Below, piece after piece: positions 38,425 through 47,901 of a stretch of 64,000 bases of DNA. Position numbers and translations under genes: made by a program. The stretch spans positions 1-64,000 of the forward strand of contig DAOWGI010000027.1 in NCBI GenBank assembly GCA_030637655.1, in the 5' to 3' direction. The notes under the pieces were generated by a model, which saw only the letters and a program-made list of their open reading frames with translations, was not told the origin of the DNA and made no database searches. The stretch's first letter is position 1; each line of letters starts with the position of its first letter. This DNA is from a candidate division FCPU426 bacterium. Lineage in GTDB: Bacteria > Oederibacteriota > JAAXVQ01 > JAUVAV01.

Positions 38425-39707
38425 TTAAGACCTAAATGAGTCCCGTGGAAATAATGACTTAGAATTTCGCGATATGAAAAACCATGTTGTGCCATACCGC
38501 GAGCGCCCCATTGACACATCCCTACCCCGTGCCCCAAGCCATGTCCGACAATACGAAATTGGTTGCCCACGACATCCAGCGTGTAAAAATTGCTCAGTAA
38601 TTTTCGTTTGCCGTACTCTTGTCGGAGAGCGGCCCGCAAATCATTCGAGGTGATGACAAAGTTCTGTTTGTCGGTGATTACACGAATCCGTTTCACACGT
38701 CCGGAACGATTTGTAAAATCTACTTGTACATCCTCTAAACGCTCTTGTTTTCCTATTTTCTTGATCCTGCGCAAAGCACGTTCCACTCGGCGTACTGAAG
38801 TATATATCCGCCAATCTACATACGGCGACTGTGCGCAATAGGGACGGTTGCCCAGTTTCCAGTGGTCCTCCACTCGTACCAAGTAAGGTATTTTCCTTCC
38901 GGCCCATACTTCATTAACAAACACGGTATTACCGCCACAGGTACTGTGATAAAACGCTTCCGCCAACTGATTGTTATACATAAGGACTTCGCGTAAAGTC
39001 ATCTTCACAGCTCGTTCCGCCCGGCGCGAGAGTCTCTTTCGACCTTTAAACACCTGACAATGCGGCCCGTCACAGTAATCATAATCAAAACGGTCATGGC
39101 GGTCGATATTTTTCAAGGCCCACGTGCGTGCCACTACCGCCTGGGCTTTCAGCGCTTCCAAGGTGAAATGATCCGGATCCATCTCTTCACTAATCACTTG
39201 CGCCAGATAATGTTCCAGGGGCATGGTCGTAATAATCGCCAAACGCCGGTATTTTACCGAGACATTCAAACGTCTGGCGTCGTAGGCACGCGCAAAACGA
39301 CATTCCGGAACAATCACATTAAAAATCCGAACCTGCTGATTGGAGGTCTTAATCCAGACTTGCTGATAGGTTTGGGCTTTTTTAAAAGCGGCCTTACCGC
39401 GCTGCCAAGCGACTGCTACGCGATCGCCTTGCATACGAAAATAGACTTTGCGTGCTTGTTTTGGTATGGAAATAGCTTGGCCGTTCCCGTCCGTGAGCAC
39501 CACGTCCTTGGCCGGAAATTCAATGGCTGTTCCGGTAAAATAGGCTTTACGAATTATGCGTACGCGGACATCCGGACCGGTATCCAGAGTATGTTTAGTC
39601 CAGTCCGATTCCGGTATGGCTGAAGAAAAGAGCTGACACCCCAGGAGCACCCACGGGAGAACGAGTGCCAAGAACAGCCGGCCATACCAGTAAAGGAACC
39701 TAGGCAC
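38355..39707 (-). CDS. SpoIID/LytB-domain lytic transglycosylase-like lipoprotein
   Basis: LEHYL..V..EEM, EALKAQAVVART, CD..HCQV, YHSTCGG.T, G.GHGVGMCQWGA..MA..G...EIL.HY; LLGC lipobox; GTG start 39707. Confidence 0.9.
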   Translation of the reverse strand: MPRFLYWYGRLFLALVLPWVLLGCQLFSSAIPESDWTKHTLDTGPDVRVRIIRKAYFTGTAIEFPAKDVVLTDGNGQAISIPKQARKVYFRMQGDRVAVAWQRGKAAFKKAQTYQQVWIKTSNQQVRIFNVIVPECRFARAYDARRLNVSVKYRRLAIITTMPLEHYLAQVISEEMDPDHFTLEALKAQAVVARTWALKNIDRHDRFDYDYCDGPHCQVFKGRKRLSRRAERAVKMTLREVLMYNNQLAEAFYHSTCGGNTVFVNEVWAGRKIPYLVRVEDHWKLGNRPYCAQSPYVDWRIYTSVRRVERALRRIKKIGKQERLEDVQVDFTNRSGRVKRIRVITDKQNFVITSNDLRAALRQEYGKRKLLSNFYTLDVVGNQFRIVGHGLGHGVGMCQWGARGMAQHGFSYREILSHYFHGTHLGLNYGRETPVSSSEAVTQNSQAGEK

Positions 39708-40110
39708 GTTTACGAGAACCGGCTTTTTTTTTGGTTTGCTTGCCCGGCCTCCGGACACTCTGTTTATTGGCAGCGCTTTTTCGTTTCACCGTCCGGGTAT
39801 GCTGCTGCCGGTTTAAGGGATGGAGTTGCAGCATTGTTTTTTCTTCCGGAGTTAAATCATTGAGAATCGTGTTTAAGCGAATATCTCTGGCAATGGTCTG
39901 CAAACGATGGGCAATCTCATGCTCTTTCAATTTCGGATTGGCCGCTTTTAAACGCAAGGCGGTTTTGGCTGCCAGCAAGACGGAATAGCCCATACGCTCA
40001 ACCGGATTTTGCTGTAAAATAAGTTTAAAACTCTCGATAAACGCACCTAAATACTCTTCAATACTCCGCGGGGTTTGTTCATCTTCCAAAGTGTTTAAAT
40101 ATCGCCGCAT
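39700..40110 (-). CDS. Hypothetical protein with basic C-terminal tail
   Basis: ORF with GGGGG RBS before ATG 40110, own promoter, stop overlapping the spoIID start. Confidence 0.6.
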   Translation of the reverse strand: MRRYLNTLEDEQTPRSIEEYLGAFIESFKLILQQNPVERMGYSVLLAAKTALRLKAANPKLKEHEIAHRLQTIARDIRLNTILNDLTPEEKTMLQLHPLNRQQHTRTVKRKSAANKQSVRRPGKQTKKKAGSRKRA

Positions 40111-40144
40111 AATGTATGTCCCCCTTTTTTCCAACAACGTATTT

Positions 40145-40173
40145 ATTGTACACTGGGAGAAAAATAAACTCAA
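40145..40173 (-). promoter_or_regulatory. Putative sigma70 promoter
   Basis: TTGAGT-N17-TACAAT on minus strand. Confidence 0.5.
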
Positions 40174-40192
40174 TGGTAATTGCTGCGGTCCG

Positions 40193-40393
40193 GTAATATG
40201 TCAGTGAAGTGCGGTTAAACAAAGGTTGTCATACCCGCAGGATTTTTATGTTTCCGTAGGGGCAGGGCTTGCCCCTGCCCTGGTTTTAATTTGAAGGGCA
40301 CCCGCAAGGGGTGCCCCTACGATTAAAATTATCTGCGTCTATCTGCGTTCATCGGCGGCTAATTTTGGTTCCATTAGTTCACTGACATGTTAC
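40193..40393. mobile_element. 201-bp MITE, family A termini with different cargo
   Basis: GTAATATGTCAGTGAA ... TTCACTGACATGTTAC 16-bp TIR (1 mismatch); perfect TSD GCGGTCCG; contains GTAGGGGC...GCCCCTAC REP pair and ATCTGCGT repeats. Confidence 0.9.
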
Positions 40394-40425
40394 GCGGTCC
40401 GGCCACATGTCAATCAAGCGACTGT

Positions 40426-41019
40426 TTATTTTAAGCCGCGACTGCCGGGCTTAACAATAGGAATCCCTTGCCGGCAAAGCGGACACGTTTCAGGTGAATA
40501 AATATCCGCCTGAACTTTCAGCAATGAGGTCAAGGGTGCTCCCAAATCCGGAGTCGTGACACTGCGATCAACAAACGCAGCCACACCGGCCAGCTCGCCG
40601 CCTAAAGACTTGGCTAAGTCCATGGCTTCTTTAACCGACCCGCCGGTAGTCACCACGTCCTCAACTGCCAAAATTTTTTCTCCGGGTTTAATGGCAAAGC
40701 CGCGGCGCAACGTCATTTTGTTGTCCACCCGTTCGCAAAAAATTGCCCGAACCTTTGAATTTCCGGCCCGCGTGATGGCTTGGGCCACCTCTTGCGCAAT
40801 CACAATCCCGCCCACGGCCGGACCCAAGACCACTGAGACCTCCGTAGCAACAATCTTTTGCGCCAAAGCATCCGCCAATTGAGCGGCCATGACCGGTTGT
40901 TGTGTCACCAAAGCGCATTGCAAATACCGGTTGGAGTGCTTCCCGGAACTTAACAGAAAATGTCCGGAGAGCAGCGCTTGGGCTGATTCAAATATTTTTT
41001 GTACCTCTGGACCGGTCAT
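40426..41019 (-). CDS. pyrE: Orotate phosphoribosyltransferase
   Basis: GHFLLSSGKHS..YLQCA, GPAVGGI, VEDVVTTGGS, CPLC..G.P..KPGSR. Confidence 0.96.
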   Translation of the reverse strand: MTGPEVQKIFESAQALLSGHFLLSSGKHSNRYLQCALVTQQPVMAAQLADALAQKIVATEVSVVLGPAVGGIVIAQEVAQAITRAGNSKVRAIFCERVDNKMTLRRGFAIKPGEKILAVEDVVTTGGSVKEAMDLAKSLGGELAGVAAFVDRSVTTPDLGAPLTSLLKVQADIYSPETCPLCRQGIPIVKPGSRGLK

Positions 41020-41744
41020 TGACCTGCCTCCTCAATCTCTTGATAAATCGAGCGTGCCACCTGTAATGGGTCCGGTGCTTGGTAAATGGGCCGGCCGACT
41101 ACAATATAATCCGCACCCGCGGCAATGGCTTGACCGGGTGTCATAATCCGTTTCTGATCCCCTTTGGCGGCTCCTCTTGGCCGGATACCAGGTGTTAAAA
41201 TAATAAATTCCGGTCCACATGCTTTGCGAATGGCTTTGATCTCCTGAGGACTTGCTACCACACCGTCGAGCCCGGCCGCTTTGGCCATTTTGGCCAGATG
41301 CACCACATAAGTCTCTATCTTTCGCCGCAAACACAACTCGGTTTCCAGTATCTGTTGATTTATCGAAGTAAGTATGGTCACTCCCAAAACCATGGTTTTT
41401 GGTTGGCGCAATTTTTTAGAAACAGCCACTGCCGCTTTGGCTGCTGCTGCCATCATGGCACTGCCTCCGGAAGTGTGTACATTCACAATGGTCGCTCCGA
41501 TGCGGCAAGCCGATGTCACGGCTGCCTCTACCGTATTGGGGATGTCATGAAATTTCGCGTCATAAAATACACCAAATCCCCGGCGCCGCACATGCATAAC
41601 CGCTTCCGGTCCGGCCGCGGACAACAATTGCGCTCCTAATTTGTATTGAGTTACCACACCTTGCATTCGATTCATTAATACATCCGCTGCCTTGATATCA
41701 TCCAAATCCAAAGCAACAAACAAACGATCTTTTGTATTTACCAT
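41016..41744 (-). CDS. pyrF: Orotidine-5'-phosphate decarboxylase
   Basis: VALD, D.KFHDIPNTV, VTILTS, TPGIRP, DQKR..TP, VVGRPI. Confidence 0.97.
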   Translation of the reverse strand: MVNTKDRLFVALDLDDIKAADVLMNRMQGVVTQYKLGAQLLSAAGPEAVMHVRRRGFGVFYDAKFHDIPNTVEAAVTSACRIGATIVNVHTSGGSAMMAAAAKAAVAVSKKLRQPKTMVLGVTILTSINQQILETELCLRRKIETYVVHLAKMAKAAGLDGVVASPQEIKAIRKACGPEFIILTPGIRPRGAAKGDQKRIMTPGQAIAAGADYIVVGRPIYQAPDPLQVARSIYQEIEEAGQ

Positions 41745-41747
41745 GTA

Positions 41748-42902
41748 CTACTTTCCTTTCTGTGCTTGGGCCGGTTGCACATTCACCAGCCGGCTTTGCA
41801 TATAGCGTTCACTATCTTTTTTAGCTTGCGCAGTAATCACCAACAAGTTTGCGCCGCGTGTCCAAGCCGGCCGGAAAGTCATTTCAATGCGGCCGAGTTG
41901 CTTGACATACTTTACCAAAACAGGTGATTGACCGCGCCGTACTTGAATGCTGGATACGAGAAGTCGTTTGACAAATTCCGGATCCAAATCCACATAGGCC
42001 CGGGTCAAGGGACCGGCAACCAAAACTCCAAGCGGGGGCTGCCACACTACTACCGGCAGCTCTTGAGTATATAATATTTTCCGGAATGTTGTCTCACGCA
42101 TTCCGCGTAAAATCATAGTTCTTTTCAGCGCTTGTCTTAAGGTACGTTGGCTATTGGTGCCCGGATTCACGGTGAAACAAAATTTATAGCCGGCCTCGGT
42201 CGCGACCTCCGCGACAGTTTTATCCCAAAGTCCATAAGGATATGCCAGCGCCATCACTTCCCCTTTAGACCAGGCCTGTAATTTTTTCCGGGAACCATGC
42301 AATTCTTTCTCCAGGCGGATACGATGTGCTGCCGCCGATTCACCGGAACGCAATTTGTTCAGCTTAGGATGCGTGGCCGAATGGGATCCAACAGCAAAAC
42401 CTTGCGCTTGTAATTCCAGCAAATCCCGGCGAGACAAACCCAGTCGCGAACCTATAAAATCCGTATAAATAAACAAGGTCGCCGGGTAGCCGTACTTTCG
42501 TAAAACCGGTTCAGCCTGCTTACGAAAATCTTTGTACCCGTCATCCACAGTAATTAACATCGCTTTTTTCGGCAAAGGTGTGGTGCCCTGCCAACCGGCC
42601 TGCAATTGGTCCAACGTGATTGGTACAAATCCTTCTTCCGTAATAATCTCCAATTGCCGGGTAAATTCTTGAACGCCTACAGAATAAGCATCTTTGGCGC
42701 CGTACTTGCCAAAGCGGTGATAGCACAAAACCGGAACATACTGCTGCCGGGCCTGCCCCGTAGACGCTGATATACTTTCCCGGTTACCGGCGGATTCCAT
42801 CGGCGATTGGGCGGCCAGAACGGGGCTGCACAGCAGCCAGGGTATCAGCATGACCCCCGGCAATATTCGCCAAAAATGTGTTGTGTTATTATTTGTTCTC
42901 AT
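41748..42902 (-). CDS. Secreted polysaccharide deacetylase (CE4/NodB, IcaB-like)
   Basis: Signal peptide, PVLCYH, ITVDDGY, GSHS.TH, AYPYG motifs; extra C-terminal beta domain. Confidence 0.88.
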   Translation of the reverse strand: MRTNNNTTHFWRILPGVMLIPWLLCSPVLAAQSPMESAGNRESISASTGQARQQYVPVLCYHRFGKYGAKDAYSVGVQEFTRQLEIITEEGFVPITLDQLQAGWQGTTPLPKKAMLITVDDGYKDFRKQAEPVLRKYGYPATLFIYTDFIGSRLGLSRRDLLELQAQGFAVGSHSATHPKLNKLRSGESAAAHRIRLEKELHGSRKKLQAWSKGEVMALAYPYGLWDKTVAEVATEAGYKFCFTVNPGTNSQRTLRQALKRTMILRGMRETTFRKILYTQELPVVVWQPPLGVLVAGPLTRAYVDLDPEFVKRLLVSSIQVRRGQSPVLVKYVKQLGRIEMTFRPAWTRGANLLVITAQAKKDSERYMQSRLVNVQPAQAQKGK

Positions 42903-43522
42903 AACTTCCCGTCCCTATCCTTTCCTGCCATAACCGCGACAGTGGGTGTTGAGTCCCGGGGCCAAAGCATACGACTTAGCCTGTACAACCCCCAGCCCAA
43001 AGTAATTCCAATACCATACCCGACTAACACATCAGCCGGATAGTGCCCGCCGGAATAAATAGTTCCTAAACCAATCAACAAAGCAAATATGACAGCCCAG
43101 ATTCGCGTTCTGGCATCCAGAGAACCGGCCACCATAGCCAGCGCGGCGGCACTGGCAGCGTGAGTCGAAGGAAAAGAGAGCGAAACACTGAATAAATCAT
43201 TGAGCGGCACACACAAATGAACATCCGAAAGGATCATAAACGGCCTCGGCCTGTTAAAAAACAACTTTAATAGTTGATTATGGAGCAGATTGGAAACCAG
43301 CACCGCTGTTCCTCCCCACAGCCCAAGCGCTAAGGCTTTGCGCCAGCCGGCCCACACACCATAGCCGGCCATGACTACCAGCAAAAAGAGTAAAATCAAT
43401 TGGTCGCGTGCTAAGAGATACGTAAGATCAGCCAACACACGAACATACAACGTATCATTGATAAAACGAAAAAGGGCAACATCTATATGAACCATTTTTT
43501 CTACAAAAATCTGAAAACTCAC
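42899..43522 (-). CDS. PAP2-family membrane phosphatase (undecaprenyl-PP phosphatase-like)
   Basis: K.FF.RPRP, SFPSTH, G.HYPADV motifs; motif 3 lacks the usual SR (reads GT). Confidence 0.85.
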   Translation of the reverse strand: MSFQIFVEKMVHIDVALFRFINDTLYVRVLADLTYLLARDQLILLFLLVVMAGYGVWAGWRKALALGLWGGTAVLVSNLLHNQLLKLFFNRPRPFMILSDVHLCVPLNDLFSVSLSFPSTHAASAAALAMVAGSLDARTRIWAVIFALLIGLGTIYSGGHYPADVLVGYGIGITLGWGLYRLSRMLWPRDSTPTVAVMAGKDRDGKL

Positions 43523-44442
43523 AATTGTGCTGCTCCAATGATTTTATTCAAGGACGCCATACGATGTTGTTTGAGATAAGCCGTGATGCCGGACACAATG
43601 GTCTCGGCGATTTTCGGATCCCGAAACGTGCCGGTTCCGATCTGAATAGCGCCGGCTCCGGCCAATATAAATTCCAGCGCGTCCTCCGCGGTTTCAATAC
43701 CGCCCACACCAACGATTGGAATTGATACCGCTTGCTTTACTTTATAAACCAGATGAATGGCCACCGGCTTAACCGCCGGCCCGGACAACCCACCAATAGT
43801 ATTGGCCAATATAGGCCTCTGTTTTTCTACATCAATGCGCATGCCGATCAAGGTATTCATTACAGTCAAGGCGTCGGCGCCACTCTCTTCCGCCGCACGG
43901 GCCAGAGTTACCATATCCGTAACATTAGGCGAAAGTTTTACCCACAACGGCAAATGCGTTTTTCGACGTACAGCTTTAACCAATCGCGACAACACGACCG
44001 GATCCCGGCCAAACTCAATTCCACCAGCCTGTACATTAGGACAAGATACATTAAGCTCAATTCCTGCCAGCGGTTTCCGGTCCGCCAATCGTGTCACCAC
44101 TTCCAAATATTCCGTTGGGGTTGATCCGGCTACATTCGCAATAACCGCACAGGACAATTTTTTCAAAGCCGGTAGTTTATCGTGACAAAAAGTGTCCACC
44201 CCTACATTAGCCAACCCAATGGCATTCAGCATACCGGCCGCGCACTCCACCACGCGCGGCATGGCGTTTCCCTCTCGCGGCTGCAGGGTAATACTCTTGG
44301 CCACCAACCCGCCAAGAGCTTGAAAGCCAACCAAGCCTGAGAGTTCTGTGCCGTAGCCACAGGTTCCGGAAGCCAAAAGCACAGGGTTTCGCAACTGCAC
44401 GCCGCCAATATTTATTTTTAACGATGGTTGTTTTGCCCTCAT
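43519..44442 (-). CDS. pyrD: Dihydroorotate dehydrogenase, class 1B catalytic subunit
   Basis: ASGTCGYG, GMLNAIGL.N.G, ELNVSCPN, KLSPN, GGLSGPA.KP. Confidence 0.97.
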   Translation of the reverse strand: MRAKQPSLKINIGGVQLRNPVLLASGTCGYGTELSGLVGFQALGGLVAKSITLQPREGNAMPRVVECAAGMLNAIGLANVGVDTFCHDKLPALKKLSCAVIANVAGSTPTEYLEVVTRLADRKPLAGIELNVSCPNVQAGGIEFGRDPVVLSRLVKAVRRKTHLPLWVKLSPNVTDMVTLARAAEESGADALTVMNTLIGMRIDVEKQRPILANTIGGLSGPAVKPVAIHLVYKVKQAVSIPIVGVGGIETAEDALEFILAGAGAIQIGTGTFRDPKIAETIVSGITAYLKQHRMASLNKIIGAAQL

Positions 44443-44455
44443 TTTATTCCCTTTC

Positions 44456-44669
44456 GTAACTACTCAGGTCTGCAAAAAGCGGGTCACTTTGGTCTTTTTT
44501 TAAGCGTGGCAGCGGTAACTGCAAAGATGTGGTTTAGAAAAACCCATCCCCCTATTGCCCGTTATCAGCCTAGACCTTGGTTTTCCGCTTTGCCATGCTG
44601 GAAAAAAGACCAAAGTGACCTGCCCGACGTGAATATTTGAATACTTTTTTTACACTCCTGAGTAGTTAC
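44456..44669. mobile_element. 214-bp MITE, family B (between pyrK and pyrD)
   Basis: Perfect 13-bp TIR GTAACTACTCAGG/CCTGAGTAGTTAC; TSD TCCCTTTC/TCCCATTC; internal GGTCACTTTGGTCTTTTTT inverted repeat. Confidence 0.92.
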
Positions 44670-45421
44670 TCCCATTCAACCTCAAAGGCATTAAATACCG
44701 GCCCGTCTTTGCATACCCGCTGATAGGTTCCAGCTACGCGAACCACACACCCATTGCACACACCCATTCCACATGCCATAACTTCTTCCAATGAAACTTC
44801 CGTTGGAATCGCGTGCTTACGGGCAATCTGAGTTACAGCCCGTAACATCGGATTAGGTCCTGCGGCGGCAATTATTACCTTATGCTTCAGTTGACTAAGC
44901 CGCTCTTCCAATACTTGCGTGACCAATCCCCGGGCGCCAAAACTTCCATCTTCGGTCGCGCAAGCCAAGGTGGCTCCCGCCTGCCTTAGCTCTCGGCGTA
45001 ACAGCAAGTCTTTTTTACAACGACCGCCCATCAGCACTTCCGCCGAACGACCTTGCGCTTTCACTTTATCCAAGAGAAACAGTAAGGGCGCTATGCCAAA
45101 ACCACCGCCAACCAAAAGCCTGGGGGTTTTTCCGGATAGTGTAAATCCGTTGCCAAACGGACCGGTGATATCAATATCATCTCCCAGGCTTTGCTGAGCA
45201 AGAAGTTGCGTGCCCCTGCCCACGGTTTTGACGAGCAGCTCAATAGTTGTGGCCGTGGCGCGACAAATCGAAAAAGGACGGCGCCAAAACGGCGATTGCT
45301 CTCCTGCCACTTTTATCTCCACAAATTGCCCGGGTTTGGCTGCGCGAGCAATGCTCGGAGCGTTAAACACCAAATAATGGTACACACCTAAACGCTTATG
45401 TTTTATTAAAACAGCTTTCAT
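44666..45421 (-). CDS. pyrK: Dihydroorotate dehydrogenase electron-transfer subunit
   Basis: PGQFV, RRPFSI, GPFGNGF, GGG.G.APL, MACGMGVCNGC..VCKDGPVF. Confidence 0.95.
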   Translation of the reverse strand: MKAVLIKHKRLGVYHYLVFNAPSIARAAKPGQFVEIKVAGEQSPFWRRPFSICRATATTIELLVKTVGRGTQLLAQQSLGDDIDITGPFGNGFTLSGKTPRLLVGGGFGIAPLLFLLDKVKAQGRSAEVLMGGRCKKDLLLRRELRQAGATLACATEDGSFGARGLVTQVLEERLSQLKHKVIIAAAGPNPMLRAVTQIARKHAIPTEVSLEEVMACGMGVCNGCVVRVAGTYQRVCKDGPVFNAFEVEWE

Positions 45422-45445
45422 GTTACTTCCTTATACTTCTTTTTT

Positions 45446-45659
45446 GTAACTACTCAGGTCTGCAAGGAGCAGGGCGCTTTGGTTTTTTTTCAAGCGTGGC
45501 AGCGGTAACTGTGTAGATGTGGTTTAGAAAAGCATATCCCCCTATTGCCCGTTAGCAGCCTGGACCTTGGTTTTCCGCTTTGCAATGCTTGAAAAAAGAC
45601 CAAAGTGACCTGCCAGGTGTGAATATTTGAATACTTTTTTTACCCACCTGGGTAGTTAC
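45446..45659. mobile_element. 214-bp MITE, family B (between pyrC and pyrK)
   Basis: GTAACTACTCAGG/CCTGGGTAGTTAC TIR; perfect TSD TCTTTTTT; colinear diverged copy of 44456-44669. Confidence 0.92.
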
Positions 45660-46963
45660 TCTTTTTTGGTTGGCGTTTTTTCTCGTTGATAGACTATTTT
45701 CCCGGCAACCAGGGTTGCTGCTACTTCTCCTTTTACCTTCCAACCTTCAAACGGTGTGTTGTACGACTGGCTCTGGAACTGTGCTGCTTGAATGGTGCGT
45801 TCCGCTTTGTCGGCAAAAACCACCACATCCGCATCCGCATTAACTGATAACGTGCCTTTGGGGATTTTGAGAATCTTGGCTGGTTGATAACTCAAACAAT
45901 TGATAGCATCCAATAGCGACACGCCTTGACCTTCCACCAACGCTGTGAGCGTTAAGGACAACGAGGTCTCCAAACCACAGATGCCCGGCGCAGACAGCGC
46001 AAATTCCCTTTCTTTCTCACGACGTGAGTGCGGCGCGTGATCCGTGGCAATCGCATCAAGCGTCCCGTCTTTCAATCCAGCCAGCAAAGCCTGCTGATCC
46101 GATTGTTCGGAAATAGGCGGATTCACCCGGATATTGGTATCATAGTCGCTTAAACATTCATCCGTCAATACCAAGTAATGCGGAGCTGTCTCCGCCGTCA
46201 CCGGCACACCACGTGCTTTAGCTTCCCGGATAATACGCACCGCGCCGGCAGTGGAAACGTGCGGTATGTGAATCCGGCTTCCGATCTCCTCGGCCAATAA
46301 TACATCACGCGCGATCATCACTTCCATGGCAGAACGTGGAATTCCTGCCAAGCCTAAGACGGTTGCCATAAACCCGGCATGCGCAACCCCTTTACCGGAC
46401 AGCGCTTTTTCCTCAGCATGATTAATAATCAACAGGTCCAACATACCGGCATACTGCATGGCACTGCGCATCAAGACCGGCGAGCTTACCGGATCGCCGT
46501 CATCAGAAACCGCAATTACGCCGGCGGCTTTGAGTTCACCCATCTCTGTTAGTTTGTTTCCTTCACGGTTGCGGGTGATACATGCCACCGGAAAAACATT
46601 CACCACACCCTGACTTTTTGCTTTGGAAAGAATTAGTTCCACCATGGCCAGATTATCAATGGGCGGATCGGTATTGGGCATGCACGCCACACTGGTAATA
46701 CCACCAGCCGCGGCTGCCCGGGTGCCGGAGGCAATAGTTTCTTTATATTCCGCTCCCGGCTCACGTAAATGCACATGCATGTCCACCAAACCGGGAGCAA
46801 CCACTTTGCCTGTGGCCTCTATGGTCTGGTCTTGCTTCCCGGTTTTTATTGCGTTTAGTTTGGTAAGCGCGGTAATTTTTCCTTTTTCCATCCAGAGATC
46901 ACCTACCGCATCGTGCCCGGAAGCCGGATCCAGAATCCTACCGCCTTTAATCACTGTTCTCAT
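45656..46963 (-). CDS. pyrC: Dihydroorotase (type I)
   Basis: PGLVDMHVHLREPG, MPNT.P, SDDG, NPP, ATDHAPH; ATG 46963 behind GGAGG. Confidence 0.96.
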   Translation of the reverse strand: MRTVIKGGRILDPASGHDAVGDLWMEKGKITALTKLNAIKTGKQDQTIEATGKVVAPGLVDMHVHLREPGAEYKETIASGTRAAAAGGITSVACMPNTDPPIDNLAMVELILSKAKSQGVVNVFPVACITRNREGNKLTEMGELKAAGVIAVSDDGDPVSSPVLMRSAMQYAGMLDLLIINHAEEKALSGKGVAHAGFMATVLGLAGIPRSAMEVMIARDVLLAEEIGSRIHIPHVSTAGAVRIIREAKARGVPVTAETAPHYLVLTDECLSDYDTNIRVNPPISEQSDQQALLAGLKDGTLDAIATDHAPHSRREKEREFALSAPGICGLETSLSLTLTALVEGQGVSLLDAINCLSYQPAKILKIPKGTLSVNADADVVVFADKAERTIQAAQFQSQSYNTPFEGWKVKGEVAATLVAGKIVYQREKTPTKKE

Positions 46964-47885
46964 CGGACTCACCTCCAGATAACAAATATAGAACGGCCAT
47001 TCGCACAGCCACACCATTGGTCACCTGATCCAATATAACCGCATTCGGACCATCGGCTACACGGGGTGATATTTCAATGCCGCGATTCATGGGACCTGGA
47101 TGCATAATCAGAACATCCGGTTTGGCCAGTTTTAAACGACGCGCGTTCACACCATACAAGTGCGCGTATTCTCTGGCACTGGGAAAGCAATGCCCGTCTT
47201 GCCGTTCCAGCTGAATACGCAGAATATTTATTACATCCGCGCCGGCAATCGCTTCTTCCAGGCGATAATAGACTTCCACTCCCAATTTGGCAAAACTTTT
47301 AGGAATCAAGGTGGCCGGACCGACGATCCGGACTTTAGCTCCAAGTTTGAGCAATCCTCTAATGTTGGAGCGTGCCACGCGTGAATGCGTGATATCCCCC
47401 ACCAAGGTCACAATCAAATCCGTAAATGATTTTTTATATTCACGAATGGTGTACAGGTCCAGCAAACCCTGCGTGGGATGCGCGTGCGTTCCATCCCCGG
47501 CGTTAATCACAGAGGCTTTGCTGTTTTTGGCAACCAGTCCAACCGCGCCCGAACAGGAATGCCGCATGATAATCGTATGCACATTCATGGCTTCTATATT
47601 ACTTACGGTGTCCAGCAAACATTCACCCTTCACCAGCGATGACGCGGAAGCGGTAAAATTAACCACATCCGCCGAAAGCCGCTTGGCCGCTAATTCAAAA
47701 GAAGTCCGTGTGCGCGTTGATGGTTCAAAAAATAGATTCACTACTGTTTTCCCGCGTAAGGCCGGCACTTTCTTGATGGGACGCTGTCCCACTTCTTTAA
47801 AGGACTTGGCGGTATCCAATATTTCTATAATTTCTTCCACGCTTAGCGCATGCAGGGTTAATAAGTCCTTGCTTTTCAGTCCCAA
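46947..47885 (-). CDS. pyrB: Aspartate carbamoyltransferase catalytic subunit
   Basis: FFEPSTRTRTSFE, INAGDG.H.HPTQ, HSRVARS, RIQLER, HPGPMNRG; TTG start 47885. Confidence 0.97.
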   Translation of the reverse strand: MGLKSKDLLTLHALSVEEIIEILDTAKSFKEVGQRPIKKVPALRGKTVVNLFFEPSTRTRTSFELAAKRLSADVVNFTASASSLVKGECLLDTVSNIEAMNVHTIIMRHSCSGAVGLVAKNSKASVINAGDGTHAHPTQGLLDLYTIREYKKSFTDLIVTLVGDITHSRVARSNIRGLLKLGAKVRIVGPATLIPKSFAKLGVEVYYRLEEAIAGADVINILRIQLERQDGHCFPSAREYAHLYGVNARRLKLAKPDVLIMHPGPMNRGIEISPRVADGPNAVILDQVTNGVAVRMAVLYLLSGGESDENSD

Positions 47886-47901
47886 GCGCTTGTCCCCCTT
47901 T

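Noticed and set aside
44456-45659. Composite transposon carrying pyrK
   Set aside because: Each flanking copy has its own distinct TSD and pyrK sits in its normal operon position, so these are independent insertions
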